Shown here: one piece after another, positions 1 through 21,395 of the stretch
Layout of the letters: each line of letters begins with the position of its first letter
Position numbering within the stretch: the stretch's first letter is position 1
Assembly (NCBI GenBank): GCA_002269645.1
Contig: NIVC01002137.1
Coordinates: 1-64,000, forward strand
DNA: 64,000 nt
Direction: 5' to 3'
Origin: Macrostomum lignano
Taxonomy: Eukaryota
Made by a program: the position numbers and the translations under genes
The notes under the pieces: model-generated
The model's database searches: none
What the model was told of the DNA's origin: nothing
Seen by the model: the letters and a program-made list of their open reading frames with translations, nothing else

Positions 1-133
1 AACTTCTTCTTATAGTTGGGAAGCCGGCTAGGATTGACCATAGTTGGTTTTATTATTCTTTTGGTTGCGAAATTGATTGAACTTTGCACTTTTTTAGCAC
101 CACGTGACCGTTGCTGGCACTGAGTGCAATATT

Positions 134-238
134 ATAAGATATTCTATGGTTTGAGGTCGGTATGTGATTAAATCCCGAGAGCTGAAGGCTCGAGGATTTA
201 AGTGAAATACCGACCGAAAAACACATAGAATATCTTAT
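134..238. repeat. Long imperfect inverted repeat (hairpin), possibly a Crypton-type element end
   Basis: ATAAGATATTCTATG..GTCGGTAT (from 134) pairs with ATACCGAC..CATAGAATATCTTAT (to 238). The inner stem TTAAATCC-CGAG/CTCG-AGGATTTAA encloses AGCTGAAGG. Confidence 0.6.
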
Positions 239-865
239 TTAAACTACTTTAATTTAGCGGATGTATTCAGATAAATCCGGAGCCATACTTGTATGTCTAT
301 GGTTGAAGTTGAGGATGGGGGTGTGGGGGCGAAGCCCTGCTGGGGTGTGGGGACGAAGCCCCACATTCTAACCATAGACAAAATTTCATTAAGAAATTTC
401 TCGAGTCACGAAGGAACAGAGAGAGAAGCTCGCTTATTTAGATACATGCAATAATCCTTGCAATATGTCCGGGAAAGTGATCGATTAAATCCCGCAAAAT
501 AAAATCTATGTCAATAACCTCCCTGAAAGTGAGCTTTAAAGTGGTTTAAATTAATATAGACTGGCTTTTCAGTTCATTTCAGTCCGAACAGCCAGTCCAT
601 ATTAGTGTTATGGGTAGGCTGAAGCGCGGACGCACAACGCGGTTTCACGTCCACAGAAACTGTCTATGGTTGAAAAAGCTTAGCTATATGCTTCGTGGCA
701 GTTTCGCAGTCCGCGGAAACTGTCTATGGTTGAAACCCAAATAGAGTTTGAAGCATTCTTCTCTCGGTGGGTGGGAGAGAAAATAAGATTTAAACAGCTT
801 TAAGGTTCGGAACTAGCCATGTTTCACTGGAATCAATACTAGAGGAAGATATTAGCGGTTTAGAA

Positions 866-1141
866 ATGAATGAGATTGAGTTTCTGCAGCAACTTGGACA
901 TCGTGATCCTGGTGAAGAAGTTAGTCAGTGGACCGGTGTGACCGTAAGACAGCAGGAGTTGATTGACGCAGAATTGTCCAATCCAAGCATTCTGAATAAT
1001 GCCGAGCTTCTGCGGGAACTGACGGAAGAAGAGGAAGCTGCTGTGCAAGACGTCGAAGAGGCTGCCAAACGCAAATCGACCACGGATCAAACCGCTCTTC
1101 ATGTGAAGCGCTTCAAAAAATATCTGGTATTGAGATTCTAA
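866..1141 (+). mobile_element. Short ORF, possible remnant of a Crypton/DUF3504 tyrosine-recombinase transposon N-terminus
   Basis: An acidic stretch followed by AKRKSTTDQTALHVKRFKKYL resembles, from memory, the N-terminal helix of CryptonA/KCTD1-like proteins. It sits near the hairpin and repeated TGTCTATGGTTGAA motifs (296, 661, 721, inverted near 1325). Confidence 0.25.
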
Positions 1142-3139
1142 AAACTATTGAGGTAACTATTGATGAACTCTCCAGCCACATATCATTTTGAGCTTCCAAG
1201 CGTTATTTACTGAATTATTTCGTTTACTTCGTGTTTCATTCCTGTTGTGTTTGGTCTTGTGTTTGTTGGCAGTGAAATATACAGTGGCTATAAGTGATGA
1301 ATTGAATATAATTGAAATATGCTTCAACCATAGACAGTGACGGCGGACAAATGTAGAGCGTTTCAATCGCGTTTCAACCCAGGCAGCCTACCCATAACGA
1401 GTACTTCTGATGTTTCTTTCATCATATCACACGATGATGTTTCTTTGCTTTACGTCACCGTTTTGAATTTTGGATTCAATCCTTCTGTGTACTTTTAATA
1501 AAGTCTGTGTACTTTATCGTGCATCAATGTACTTTTATATGATTTTGCACTTTACGGCGGTCATATCTTTTCCGTGTGCTCTCTCTACGCATATTTCTGA
1601 ACCCTTTCCATTTGACATGGTCAGTAACTTCTATTGGCGCACCTTAATGCACTTTAAAAGCCTAGTGTACTTTTACACACACCACTGGAAATTAAGGAAA
1701 TCATTCGAAAAGGCAAAAAAAGCAAAATAAAGCATTAATTTAAACATAAATTACGCACAAAAAAAGACTTTTATGTACTTTTATTCGCATACACGCTCAT
1801 TACAAGTTGTAATGAGCATCAAGATAAAATGAACGACAACAACAACAAAATACGCCTCCAGGGTCTTTAGAAGAAGGCTCTAGCGTCACAAGGTCGCGGC
1901 GGCTGCGTCATCCAGCAGACAGTTGGATGAAACGGGTAGAGAATTAAAGGACTTAATTAACAATAGAATTTTTGAAAGCATCAAACAAAAAGGGTAAAGC
2001 AAAAGCCTAAATAGAAAAACAGCGTCACATTTCTAGACAACAAAAAGCTTTTTAGACTGAGGCATATCGAATAAAAATAACAGATAAACAAAGGGGAAAA
2101 GGGAGAGAAATTTTAGGTGATGTCAAAGAAACGACAAAATATTTCTGGTATGGTATTACATAGATAAAACTGAAATTTCGGTCTAATTTTGTTTCGGGCT
2201 TGCTATTGTCAGTCTTTTTTCTCTCCAGCGTATCTCCTTCGTGTTTAGAAAACAGAAGACAAGCACGGATAAGAAGCACATATTAAAATATTGGGCTTTG
2301 GAGCATTGGCGCCGTGCCACTGTCTCACTGAAAACACTCAATCAGAGGGGACGCTATAGCTTACAGATTGGACATCTCAATTCTAAAGTTAGCCTGTAAC
2401 TAATGCAAAAGTTGACAAGCAAACTGAACCATTCTTTAAACACATGGCAGTCCGTGAGAATGTCTATGTCCAAAAGACCGCTAATGCAGTGTAAAACGCA
2501 TTTCAGCGACTGTCTATGGTGAATCCTCTTATTTGGAGATTATGCTGACTCAGCACTCGGCCATAGACTATAGAGCCAGTCAAGCTGATGAAGCCACATT
2601 GAAGCAAATATAATTCTGCCGAAAGAACTTCGAATTTCTGCACTTGGTCGAGATCGGCTTAATTATCAGTTTGACTGGCAAAGACTCTGCAGGAAACTCA
2701 GTGTTGGCATAAGGAAATTTACTCTTTCTAAAGTTGGACAATATGACACGATAACTTTATTAGTTTAGACAACTATTAAAACATAAAAATTACAGTAATT
2801 TGTTCTGCTAGTCCTTATAAAATGACGAGTCTAAAGTGATTTTGGAATGTATTCTATAATTTTACTGACTGTAGTTGATCGATGTATGACTGACTTGATT
2901 AATTAAGTTCAAATTTGCATTGGGTAGCTTAAAAATCAATTGACACTTGCATGAGGATCTTACAAGTATGACGATGTGTCAGGGTGCCTCTGTTATATAC
3001 TGTGTTGCTCTAGACTGTAATAGATAGTTCAAAGATTGATTTGGGTAGAATTGCCTCAGTTTATCGAAGTGGTATCTATAAAATGTATTTAAAAACTTTT
3101 CAATGTGTTAGCAGCGGCTAAGACACCTCTAGGACCTCT

Positions 3140-3465
3140 TGGTCGCTATACCTCAAGAATCTATTGGTGATTGGTCACCTCTAGGATGCGTTGGTTACCT
3201 CTTTGGTGCATTGGTTACCTTTAGGATGCATTGGTTACCTCTATAATGCACTGGTTACCTCTAGAATGCATTGAATACCTCTATAATGCACTGGTTACCT
3301 GTAGGATGCACTGGTTACCTCTAGAATGCATTGAATACCTCTATAATGCACTGGTTACCTGTAGGATGCACTTGTTACCTCTAGAATGCATTGAATACCT
3401 CTATAATGCATTGAATACCTCTATAATGCATTGGATACCTCTAGGATGCATTGGGCGCCTCTAGA
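3140..3465. repeat. ~20-bp minisatellite (CTATAATGCACTGGTTACCT family) just 3' of the TRHR-like stop codon
   Basis: Tandem units are directly visible. Confidence 0.85.
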
Positions 3466-3526
3466 ACTGCAGGGATCATACAAAAATAACTCTATAATAT
3501 TGAAATCGATAACTCAAAGCAACCAA

Positions 3527-11237
<7,711 letters not shown>

Positions 11238-11469
11238 TTTTTTAGCAACTATACTTTGATTTGACTTCCTTTGACTTTTTCTTCCGTTCTCTCTGGGGAT
11301 CTGTCTGCGTCTTGCGAGTTGCCTGTAGCCACTTTAAATCCCCTAAACTCCCGGACCAATGGGGAAGAAGGGAGGGCCTGTCCGCTTGATTGGCTGGGAT
11401 AGAAATTCTGCTCGAAATTAGCGAGACAAATGTTTATAGGCCTCTGGATTAGTACCAGTTTGATGGGTG

Positions 11470-12012
11470 CAGCATCCATTGGATGTGTGTGTGTGTTAGA
11501 CATGAGTGTGTTAGACATGAGTGTGTTAGACATGAGTGTGTTAGACATGAGTGTGTTAGACATGAGTGTGTTAGACATGAGTGTGTTAGACATGAGTGTG
11601 TTAGACATGAGTGTGTTAGACATGAGTGTGTTAGACATGAGTGTGTTAGACATGAGTGTGTTAGACATGAGTGTGTTAGACATGAGTGTGTTAGACATGA
11701 GTGTGTTAGACATGAGTGTGTTAGACATGCGTGTGTTAGACATGAGTGTGTTAGACATGAGTGTGTTAGACATGAGTGTGTTAGACATGGGTGTGTTAGA
11801 CATGAGTGTGTTAGACATGGGTGTGTTAGACATGAGTGTGTTAGACATGAGTGTGTTAGACATGAGTGTGTTAGACATGGGTGTGTTAGACATGAGTGTG
11901 TTAGACATGAGTGTGTTAGACATGAGTGTGTTAGACATGAGTGTGTTAGACATGAGTGTGTTAGACATGAGACATGAGTGTGTTAGACATGAGTGTGTTA
12001 GACATGAGTGTG
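11470..12012. repeat. 15-bp minisatellite (GTGTGTTAGACATGA) upstream of the TRHR-like ATG
   Basis: About 36 near-identical units. Confidence 0.96.
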
Positions 12013-12604
12013 CTAGACTGAACAGGATGTCAGACTAAATAGAGTGTCAGAGGGAAACATTATGTTAGAAATTTCTAAAGGCAGAACTTGATGTGACAGC
12101 CGTGAACGATTCTCAAAGAAATTTAATAAGTGCCAAAATGTGTTCATATAAATAAGAAATGAAGTCCTAAGCCTCAAATCTGACCAATAAATGATCAGAT
12201 CCCATCTGTTACATCCTCGGTTAGAAAAATGATAAATTATTATAGAAAAGGAAGCTGCACCTTCTGACACCCAATGAATTATGCTGTCATTATGTACCAG
12301 TCGAAATCCCTTTTAGAAGCGGCGGCATTCCCTGTGGGAAATCAATGGCTGCGGGATCCCCGTCTCATGCGAGTAATTTCCGGCGCGAAGCAGACGGGGG
12401 AGGCGGCGATGGGCAATTTGGAAATTTGGGGCTTCCCGTGGGATGCAGAGGCAAATTATTTTTCCAACCTGCAGATTCTTCAGCTTTAATTTTCTTCTAC
12501 TAAAAGCAATTTGCAAAATTAGCAGAAAAATATTTTTTTCTGGAGAAAATTTTCCGACAGCGACAAAACTGATGCAGCAATGCAGCTGCTTAACATGTAG
12601 CCGC

Positions 12605-13110
12605 TTTAGCCAGATTCCGCCCCCCTCCTGAACTGAATCCGCCCCCGATTCCGCCCCCCTCCAGAACTGAATCCGCTCCGATTCCGCCCACTCCAGAACT
12701 GAATCCGCTGTCGATTCCGCCCCCCTCCTGAACTGAATCCGCCCCCGATTCCGCCCCCCTCCAGAACTGAATCCGCCCCCGATTCCGCCTCCCTCCAGAA
12801 CTGAATCCGCCCCCGATTCCGCCCCCCTCCAGAACTGAATCCGCCCCCGATTCCGCCCCCCTCCAGAACTGAATCCGCTCCGATTCCGCCCACTCCAGAA
12901 CTGAATCCGCTCCGATTCCGCCCCCTCCAGAACTGAATCCGCCCCCGATTCCGCCCCTCCAGAACTGAATCCGCTCCGATTCCGCCCACTTCAGAACTGA
13001 ATCCGCTGTCGATTCCGCCCCCCTCCTGAACAGAATCCGCTCCGATTCCGCCCACTTCAGAACTGAATCCGCTCTCGATTCCGCCCCTTCCAGAACTGAA
13101 TCCGCTCCCG
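12605..13110. repeat. ~34-bp GC-rich minisatellite (CCAGAACTGAATCCGCCCCCGATTCCGCCCCCCT)
   Basis: About 15 units. Confidence 0.93.
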
Positions 13111-13815
13111 ATTTAACCATTTCCAAACTTAAATTCGCTGTTCTAAAAATTGAATCCGCTCCATTCACTTTCAATTAATAAAAAATTGGTGTTTGAAAGC
13201 CAAGCTCAGGAGGTTTTTGATGCATACGTCGTACGAGCTATTTATAAGTTAGACATTTGTCCGCTTTATTAGAGAACTTTGATAGGGCTGACAGGGCGAG
13301 TCCTAGAGTACTCAGAGCATCAGTCGCACTGTAGTCAGAGAAAATCATTATTCCGACTTTCAAAAAAAGAGATTTTAATCCGTCGGTTTGCTAGAATTTT
13401 CAACTTAGCAAAGCACTCAGTTGACCATCTTCAAGAGAAAAAAATGGATTATCTTATAGAGAAAATGTTCAGCTGACAGGATCAAGACTCAAACTTGAAA
13501 AAAGAGATTAGGAATAAAAGGCTGACTTAATCCAGCTTAAATTTTTTTCAACAAAAAAATAACGAAAAAGTATTTGAGCTGAGGGAACTGACTAGAATTA
13601 CAGCAGGAATAAAATTTGACAAGTAGAAAAAACTGCTAACTGATCTGACATGTGAAGTGACGGATGGGCATTTTCCGTCCGGACTAGAAATGTATTGCAC
13701 GCTCATTAATAGTACAAATCTTATCTTGTCATCAACGCGTTGTAAGGGATTAGAATGTAACAGATTATAATCTGCTCTAAAAAGGCTCAGTTTTCTTCTC
13801 ACTGTTCTTCCATTC

Positions 13816-16800
13816 TCATTTCTTCTTCTTCCTGGGCGCTCGCTTTTTCGTCTTCTGCTCAATGAGCAGCAACGACTGCTTCTTGACGGCCGCCCTGGAC
13901 AGGACCTCGCCGTCGCCGTCCGCTCCGTCGCCACCAGAGTCCGAGTCGTCATCGTCGTAGACGTCACGACCGCCGCCGCCACCCCCGCCAGCGCCTCCGC
14001 CGCCGCCGCCGCCGACACCGACGCCGCCAGAGCCCAACTTGACCCGCACGTTCTGCTGCGGCAGCTTCGACTCCACCTGAGCGCTGAACTCTTCGCTGCG
14101 CATGTCGCGCAGTCGCTGATCGACGTCCTCAGTCTCCAGCTCCTCCAGCAGCCGGATGACTTTCTCCTCGGCCTTGCCCAGCAGGTCGATGGCGTAAGTG
14201 TCGCTGGCCGGGTCGATTTGCGCCTGCAGCGCGTGGCTCCGCGGCGCCCGGACGTGGGCGAGCTTCTCGTGCAGGTGCTCCACGCCGGCCTTGGCCTGCA
14301 CGAGAACTTTGGACAGCCGCTCGAGCTCCTCGGCGATGCTCACCCGGTCAGAGTCTTCGCGGAGCAGCTGGTTCTGGTACTTCTCCAGCAGAGTCTGGCC
14401 GGAGCTCAGCCGGCACTCGCCGGAATATTTCAGATCGTCGAACTGCGCTCTCAGCTGGTCGCGCTGGTCGCGCAGCCGGCGAATCTGCGTCTCCGACGAC
14501 GCCTTGAGACCTTCGAGGCGTTCGCGGGTGGCGCCCTGGCCTTCGAATCTGGCAACGACCTCGGGCAGGTCGCTGACTCCCGTGGCCTCTTTAATGCGCT
14601 GGAAGGCCTCCTGCAGATCTGTGATCCGCTCCGGCGGCTGCTGCAGCTGCTGCTGAGAGCCGCCCGGGGCAGCTGAAAACGACCTTTCGCCGCCGCCGCC
14701 GCCGCCGATGTCCTGCGTGCTGCTGCTCTCGCGCTGAGCGATTCGCCGTTCAATTTTCTCGTAGTGAAGCCGCTTCTCCTCGGCCTCGGCTTTCAGCTGC
14801 TGGATTTCCTGCTCGCGGCGCTTCCGCTCAGTGTAGACTGTCTCCTCTGTCTTCTTGAGCTTGAGCTGCGCCTCCTCCTTGTCTGCGGCGCAAGAGTTGA
14901 CGTTTTTATGCCGGTTGTTTAAGTATTTAATGAAGTTTAATTAACTAATTGCATTGGGTCCTAGTTAGGGATGGAGTGGAGTGGGCGTGCTGAGTGAGGT
15001 GGGCGTGCTGAGTGAGGTGGGCGTGCTGAGTGAGGTGGGCGTGCTGAGTGAGGTGGGCGTGCTGAGTGAGGTGGGCCTGCTGACTGAGATGGGCCTGCTG
15101 ACTGAGGTGGGCGTGCTGAGTCAGGTACATGTAGGCGTGCTGAGTGAGGTACATGTAGACGTGCTGAGTGATTTGGGCGTGCTGAGTGAGGTGGGCCTGC
15201 TGAGTGAGGTGGGCGTGCTGAGTTAGGTACATGTAGGCGTGCTGAGTGAGGTACATGTAGACGTGCTGAGTGATTTGGGCGTGCTGAGTGAGGTGGGCCT
15301 GCTGAGTGAGGTGGGCGTGCTGAGTTAGGTACATGTAGGCGTGCTGAGTGAGGTACATGTAGACGTGCTGAGTGATTTGGGCGTGCTGAGTAAGGTGGGC
15401 GTGTTGAGTGAGGTGGGCGTGCTGAGTGAGATGGGCGTGCTGAGTGAGGTGGGTGTGCTGAGTGAGGTAAGCAGCGTGATGAGTGAGGTGGGTGTGCTGA
15501 GTGAGGTGGGTGTGCTGAGTGAGGTAAGCAGCGTGATGAGTGAGGTGGGTGTGCTGAGTGAGGTAAGCAGCGTGATGAGTGAGATGGGCGTGCTGAGTGA
15601 GGTGGGTGTGCTGAGTGAGGTGGGTGTGCTGAGTGAGGTGGGTGTGCTGAGTGAGGTGGGTGTGCTGAGTGAGGTGGGTGTGCTGAGTGAGGTGGGTGTG
15701 CTGAGTGAGGTGGGTGTGCTGAGTGAGGTAAGCAGCGTGATGAGTGAGGTGGGTGTGCTGAGTGAGGTAAGCTGCGTGATGAGTGAGATGGGCGTGCTGA
15801 GTGATGTGGGTGTGCTGAGTGAGGTAAGCAGCGTGATGAGTGAGGTGGGCGTGCTGAGTGAGGTGGGTGTGCTGAGTGAGGTGGGTGTGCTGAGTGAGGT
15901 GGGTGTGCTGAGTGAGGTAAGCAGCGTGATGAGTGAGGTGGGTGTGCTGAGTGAGGTAAGCAGCGTGATGAGTGATGTGGGTGTGCTGAGTGAGGTGGGT
16001 GTGCTGAGTGAGGTGGGTGTGCTGAGTGAGGTAAGCAGCGTGATGAGTGAGATGGGCGTGCTGAGTGAGGTGGGTGTGCTGAGTGAGGTAAGCAGCGTGC
16101 TGAGTGAGGTGGGCACATATCGCGAATTGGTTAACTTATAGAAGCTTTGAAGCTAAGCTGCCTTGTGCAAAGCAAACTGCTTCCCATCTTGCCTGTGCTC
16201 TTCAATACTGATTTCTTGTGTTCTTCCTAAATGTGTATTTAATTACTTCAACCGGGCAGCGCAGAGCTCTATGAGAAGCCCAGGAAAAGTTGCTCTCAGT
16301 TGCTCACGGATGACTGAAGATGCCCAGCTAGCCAACTTCAAAGTGAAGTCTGTCTTTGAGAAAACTCGAGTCAAAGAAACTGTTTCGATACTAGAGTAAG
16401 GTGCATGGTAGTGTTATGCCTGCAGAAAGAATGGCTGCCCACTGCATATCTGATGCTAATTTTTAATCCACGCCAACAGCTCATAGCACACGTCTAAAAG
16501 GTACTTCGGTATCGCAACAGTTTTTTGTCAAAAATAGTAGCATTTCGAAAAACCTAAACTTCAAACTTAAACAGGCCAGTTGCATCTGAAGCAGACACAT
16601 TATTATCCAAAACAAACATCCTCAATCAAAACAGACACATCCTGATCCAAAACAGACACAGCCTTTTTCAAAACAGACATCCTGATCTAAAACAGACATC
16701 CTGATCTAAAACAGACATCCCCAATCAAAACAGACATCCCCAATAAAAAAAATACACATCCTCATCCAAAACAGACACATCATTTTTCAAAACAGACACA

Positions 16801-18773
16801 TCCTGATCTAAAACAGACATCCCCAATCAAAACAGACATCCCCAATCAAAACAGACATCCCCAATCAAAACAGACATCCCCAATCAAAACAGACATCCCC
16901 AATCAAAACAGACATCCTCAACCAAAACAGACACATCATTTTCCAAAAAATACACATCCTCATCCAAAACAGACACATCATTTTCAAAACAGACACATCC
17001 TGATCTAAAACAGACATCCCCAATCAAAACAGACATCCCCAATCAAAACAGACATCCCCAATCAAAACAGACATCCCCAATCAAAACAGACATCCCCAAT
17101 CAAAACAGACATCCCCAATCAAAACAGACATCCTCAACCAAAACAGACACATCATTTTCCAAAAAATACACATCCTCATCCAAAACAGACACATCATTTT
17201 CCAAAACAGACACATCCTGATCTAAAACAGATATCCCCAATCAAAAAACATTCGCATACTAATCCAAAACAGACGCATCCTCAACCAAAACAGACACATC
17301 CTCAACCAAAACAGACACATCCTCATCCAAAACAGACACATCATTTTCCAAAACAGACACATCCTGATCTAAAACAGATATCCCCAATCAAAACATACGC
17401 ATCCTAATCCAAAACAGACGCATCCTTAACCAAAAACAGACACATCATTTTCCAAAACAGACGCATCCTTATCCATAAAAGACACATCCTCATCCAAAAC
17501 AGACACATCCTCATCCAAAACAGACACATCCTCAACCAAAAAAGACGCATAATTTTCCAAAATAGACACATCCTTATCTAAAACAGACACATCCTCATCC
17601 AAAACAGACACATCCTCATCCAAAACAGACGCATCCTTATACAAAACAGACCCATTCTCAACCAAAACAGACACATCCTCAACCAAAACAGACACATCCT
17701 CATCCAAAACAGACACATCCTCATCCAAAACAGACACATCCTCATCCAAAACAGACGCATCCTCAACCAAAACAGACACATCCTCATCCAAAACAGACAC
17801 ATCCTCATCCAAAACAGACACATCCTCATCCAAAACAGACGCATCCTCATCCAAAACAGACACACCAGCCAACTCACTTCTTTTAGCTTCCTCCTCCCGC
17901 AGCCGGAGCTCTGCAATTTCGACTCTGCAGTCGCGGATCTCCTTCTCCATGGAGTCCAGTGAGTTGCCAAAGCTCAGATGGTCCTCGTGCAGTCGAGCTT
18001 TGATCTGCTCATAAGTTCGTTTGATATGCTCAGCCTCTTTCAGCTTCATGCTAGTCTTGTCCATTTTGTTCTCAAGGTCGCGCAGCTTCTGCGCCTCAGG
18101 CGACGCGTTGGCGTCGTCTCCATCGCCTCCAGCGGCGTTTGAGGAAGCCTCTCCGGATTCTTTCTTCAACGCCTGATTGGCAGTTTGCAGCTCTTGAAGG
18201 CGCTTTTGCTTACCGGAAGTTACGTGCTTCAAAGCGTTTAGCTTCTTCTTCGTGTCGCACACCTTTGTGTGCGAAGGGTAGAGAGTGAGGTTTTTTCTCG
18301 TAGTTATTTTGGATTATTTAATGAATAAAAGGAAAAGACTTAAGCCACCCGACTCTTAAGTACCAACAAACTACCGATATTGGCGCTGAAGAGTCAATAG
18401 AAAGGGGAGAATTGCCTCATCGCTGGTTGTGGGACGATTGCGCAGAACTGATAACCCAACCGGACGAAAATTTTCGCTAACTCACCTTGTAGTCCATGGC
18501 CTGGATGGCATCCCTGCCAGTTTTATTAGCCATCGCGGCTCGCTCTACCGGCTTCTCCTGAAAAGCCTGCCCGATCACGTGATCATCAGCTGACAGCCTG
18601 TCGCGCAGCTGCTTGCGCAAGTCTTTATTCTCTTTGCGCAGCTGACCGATTCGCTCGCGGTTGCGCTTCTGCGTGTAGTAGCTGTTTTCATAGTAGGCCT
18701 TGCGATCTCCCTCCAGCAAGTTGATCTTGCTTCTCAGCTCGTCCACTTTCTCTGTTAGAGAACGCTCAGTCAT
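13816..18773 (-). CDS. CCDC151: Outer dynein arm docking complex subunit CCDC151/ODAD3, 3 exons, ~579 aa
   Basis: Exons 18773-18486, 18262-17878 and 14882-13816 have GT-AG junctions (phases 0, 1) and total 1740 nt. Motifs KINLLEGDRKAYYE, LRDLENKMDKTSMKLKEAEHI, FQRIKEATG and FDDLKYSGE match CCDC151. Confidence 0.9.
14985..16113. repeat. 18-bp minisatellite (GTGCTGAGTGAGGTGGGC/T) in CCDC151 intron 2
   Basis: About 60 units with sub-variants. Confidence 0.95.
16605..17865. repeat. ~19-21-bp minisatellite (CAAAACAGACACATCCTCATC) in CCDC151 intron 2, next to the donor
   Basis: Tandem units run to within about 10 nt of the GTGAGT donor at 17877. Confidence 0.93.
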
Positions 18774-21321
18774 GACTAATCAGCTGTGCAGTGTCTACAA
18801 CTGAAAAGCTGGAATTTTATTAATAAATATCCTTTTTACTAATTCAGGTTAATGACCGAAAGACCAAAGCGTACTCTTCTACTGTATGTGCTCATTAAAA
18901 ATTGAGTTGGAATTTGTTTAAATACCCATTCTTATTTCTGGGTCTTTTAATCTATTTTTGATAACTAATACTAAGTGTAGTATTGAGACAGAGGTAAAAA
19001 TGGATATTAACTTTCTCTTCTATTTACTGCGCCTCGTTTTTTGTTTAAACTGCTTAATTTTTTCAAATAATGCCAAACTTTGCAATATTACAAAGTATAC
19101 AGTAATAGCGCGTTACACACTACGAGTATGAGCATATTTGCTTTATTTAACAAATTAATGTAAATTGGTAATTGCTTTTTTATTTTACTGAAAATCTAAA
19201 CATTTTCTAATTGTTTCCATTTAACAGAGTTTTTGGAATTGAAAATTAAAAACTTGGATGAATTGGAAGAAAGAATTTTGGAAAGGTTATTTTAATATTT
19301 CTTTGAAAAGAGGCATTGAAACCCAGGCAGAAAGGCACGAGAAATAGCTAAAATTAATACCCGGTAATACTTTCTTAGTTGCAGTCTTGAAGGATTGCGA
19401 AAAATGATAAAACTATGAGTTTAAAAGGACAGAGACAATTTAAAAGTCAACTATGCCTAACAGCCACAGACTAACTTCTTTGCTTTTCAATTTTTGCAAT
19501 TTGCTTTTTAAAATTCGAAATACAACTACTATTTAACTTTAATACAGACATTGAAGATTCAAATGATTCAGCAGCTGCTTACTGAGGAGCAGCATTAAGA
19601 TTAACAAGATTATTATCAATCTGCAACAGCTATAGGGCCTAGGGGTATATAGTTGAAAAACTATAGTTAATATTTTTATCAAAAAATATTTAGCGAACAT
19701 TAATGCCTATAGCCAAAAAAATTAAGAAACTCTGATTCATCTGATTCAATGATTCAAAAGCTTCAAATGAATAGATTGAGAGATCAGGAAATATATGTTA
19801 AGGAATTAAGGAAATACGCTTTCCTTAATAGTTACACTGATAAAACCAAGTTTCGATATCGGATTGAATGTTTAACTAAATTTAGCTAAAATTGGAACTG
19901 TCACAAACTTACTTTTACCATAGTAATGCAAATTCGTAAAGTTTAGACGCTTTAAATTAGTGCATGAATTAAAAAATAACATTATTTAAAATAAAAATAC
20001 ACTATAAAGTCTTGCTTTAAACGAGAAACATTTTTATATTGAGAAACTTTGTTTGAAACATCTAGACTAACGGCTTAGCAAAAAATCTAAACTTGGTAAA
20101 TGGGTTGGAAACTAACAGTATTATTTATTCATCGTAGTCAAGAAAATACTGAAAAAATACGTGCACAACATGCGATTATACTGCAAACTCATTTTGTACA
20201 CATCTTTAGCGCTTTGAGAAAGTTCTTTATAAACTGCAGATGGGCCGGTTAGCTTGAATATTGGTAATACTTGAGGGAACAAGAAGCATGAATGATCCTC
20301 CAGAAAGGAGCTAACATGTCGATATAGAGTTTTTACATTATACATGCGTACTTGCACTGATAATCATATCTTTTGTACGCTTGTACAGATTTTACTATTT
20401 AATAATTACGGTGATACAATTATCCAAATATTGCGATTGAGTAATTGTCCTTTAATTTAGCAATAAAGATGTTTATTTAAGTTTCAGTATATTTCGTCTT
20501 CGAAGACTTCGTTAGTAAGTTCAGTGTCACTAACAGTGTCATTAAATTGTCGCTAATGTTTAACGAAGGATTAAACTATAAAATATTTAATATATAAAAT
20601 ATTTAAATATTTAAATATATAAATATAAATATAAAATATATAATAAATAATATTTATTCATCATAAATTACGATGAATAAGACTGTCCCTATGGTTTCAA
20701 AAGGTCGATCACCGTCTCTAAACCGGCGTCGGCCCTCAAATCTTCTTCTGTAGCGGACCCGGAGTCCCGTCTCGTTAGTAGGTGTCCTCGGGTGTACTTC
20801 TATGCAGGCAGGTTGCGGTTATGTGGCGGGTTACGCCACAACAATCAAGGTTTAAACACGCACTACATGTAAAATTGCAAGATTGTTATTCTAAAACCAG
20901 CACTCTGATTACAGCACTGCGAGCCGTGATGCGGTCCATATTAATCATGAAAACTGGTAACTTTTCTAAATTTAAATTGAGCGTCCCTTGGCCAAACCCA
21001 GCATTGCTGGAAGACAGACTGGCAGACAAGGATGCACGCGTGGTGTACAGCTTTACTTCATTACGCGTGCCCAATGACAGCTGCCATGTTTATAGTTTCA
21101 TATTTCACCACTAGTAGCAACACCAACAGCCAAGGCATTTTAAGATATAATTATATTTTTAGAATTGCGGTCATAGCTATTCTGCACAAGGGAAATGCCT
21201 GACCACGCGTTGCTTTATACATGCAGTGTTCAGTTTGTGTGCGGGTTGAAGGTAATTCTTCATTGATGACGAATGACTGATTAATCCGCTAGTCTACCAC
21301 GGGAATCCCGCTTCGGCTTTG

Positions 21322-21328
21322 CATAAAA
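21322..21328 (+). promoter_or_regulatory. TATA-like box (CATAAAA) of secreted gene 1
   Basis: It lies about 70 nt upstream of ATG 21396, the same spacing as the TATA boxes of both paralogues. Confidence 0.35.
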
Positions 21329-21395
21329 GAATTCTGTGGTTGGCTCTGAAGCAAATTAAAATAACCTGGAACTTAATCCGTCCGAAACTGGCGCA

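Noticed and set aside
14198-14676. Plus-strand ORFs of 152 aa
   Set aside because: They are antisense shadows of the GC-rich CCDC151 exon 3.
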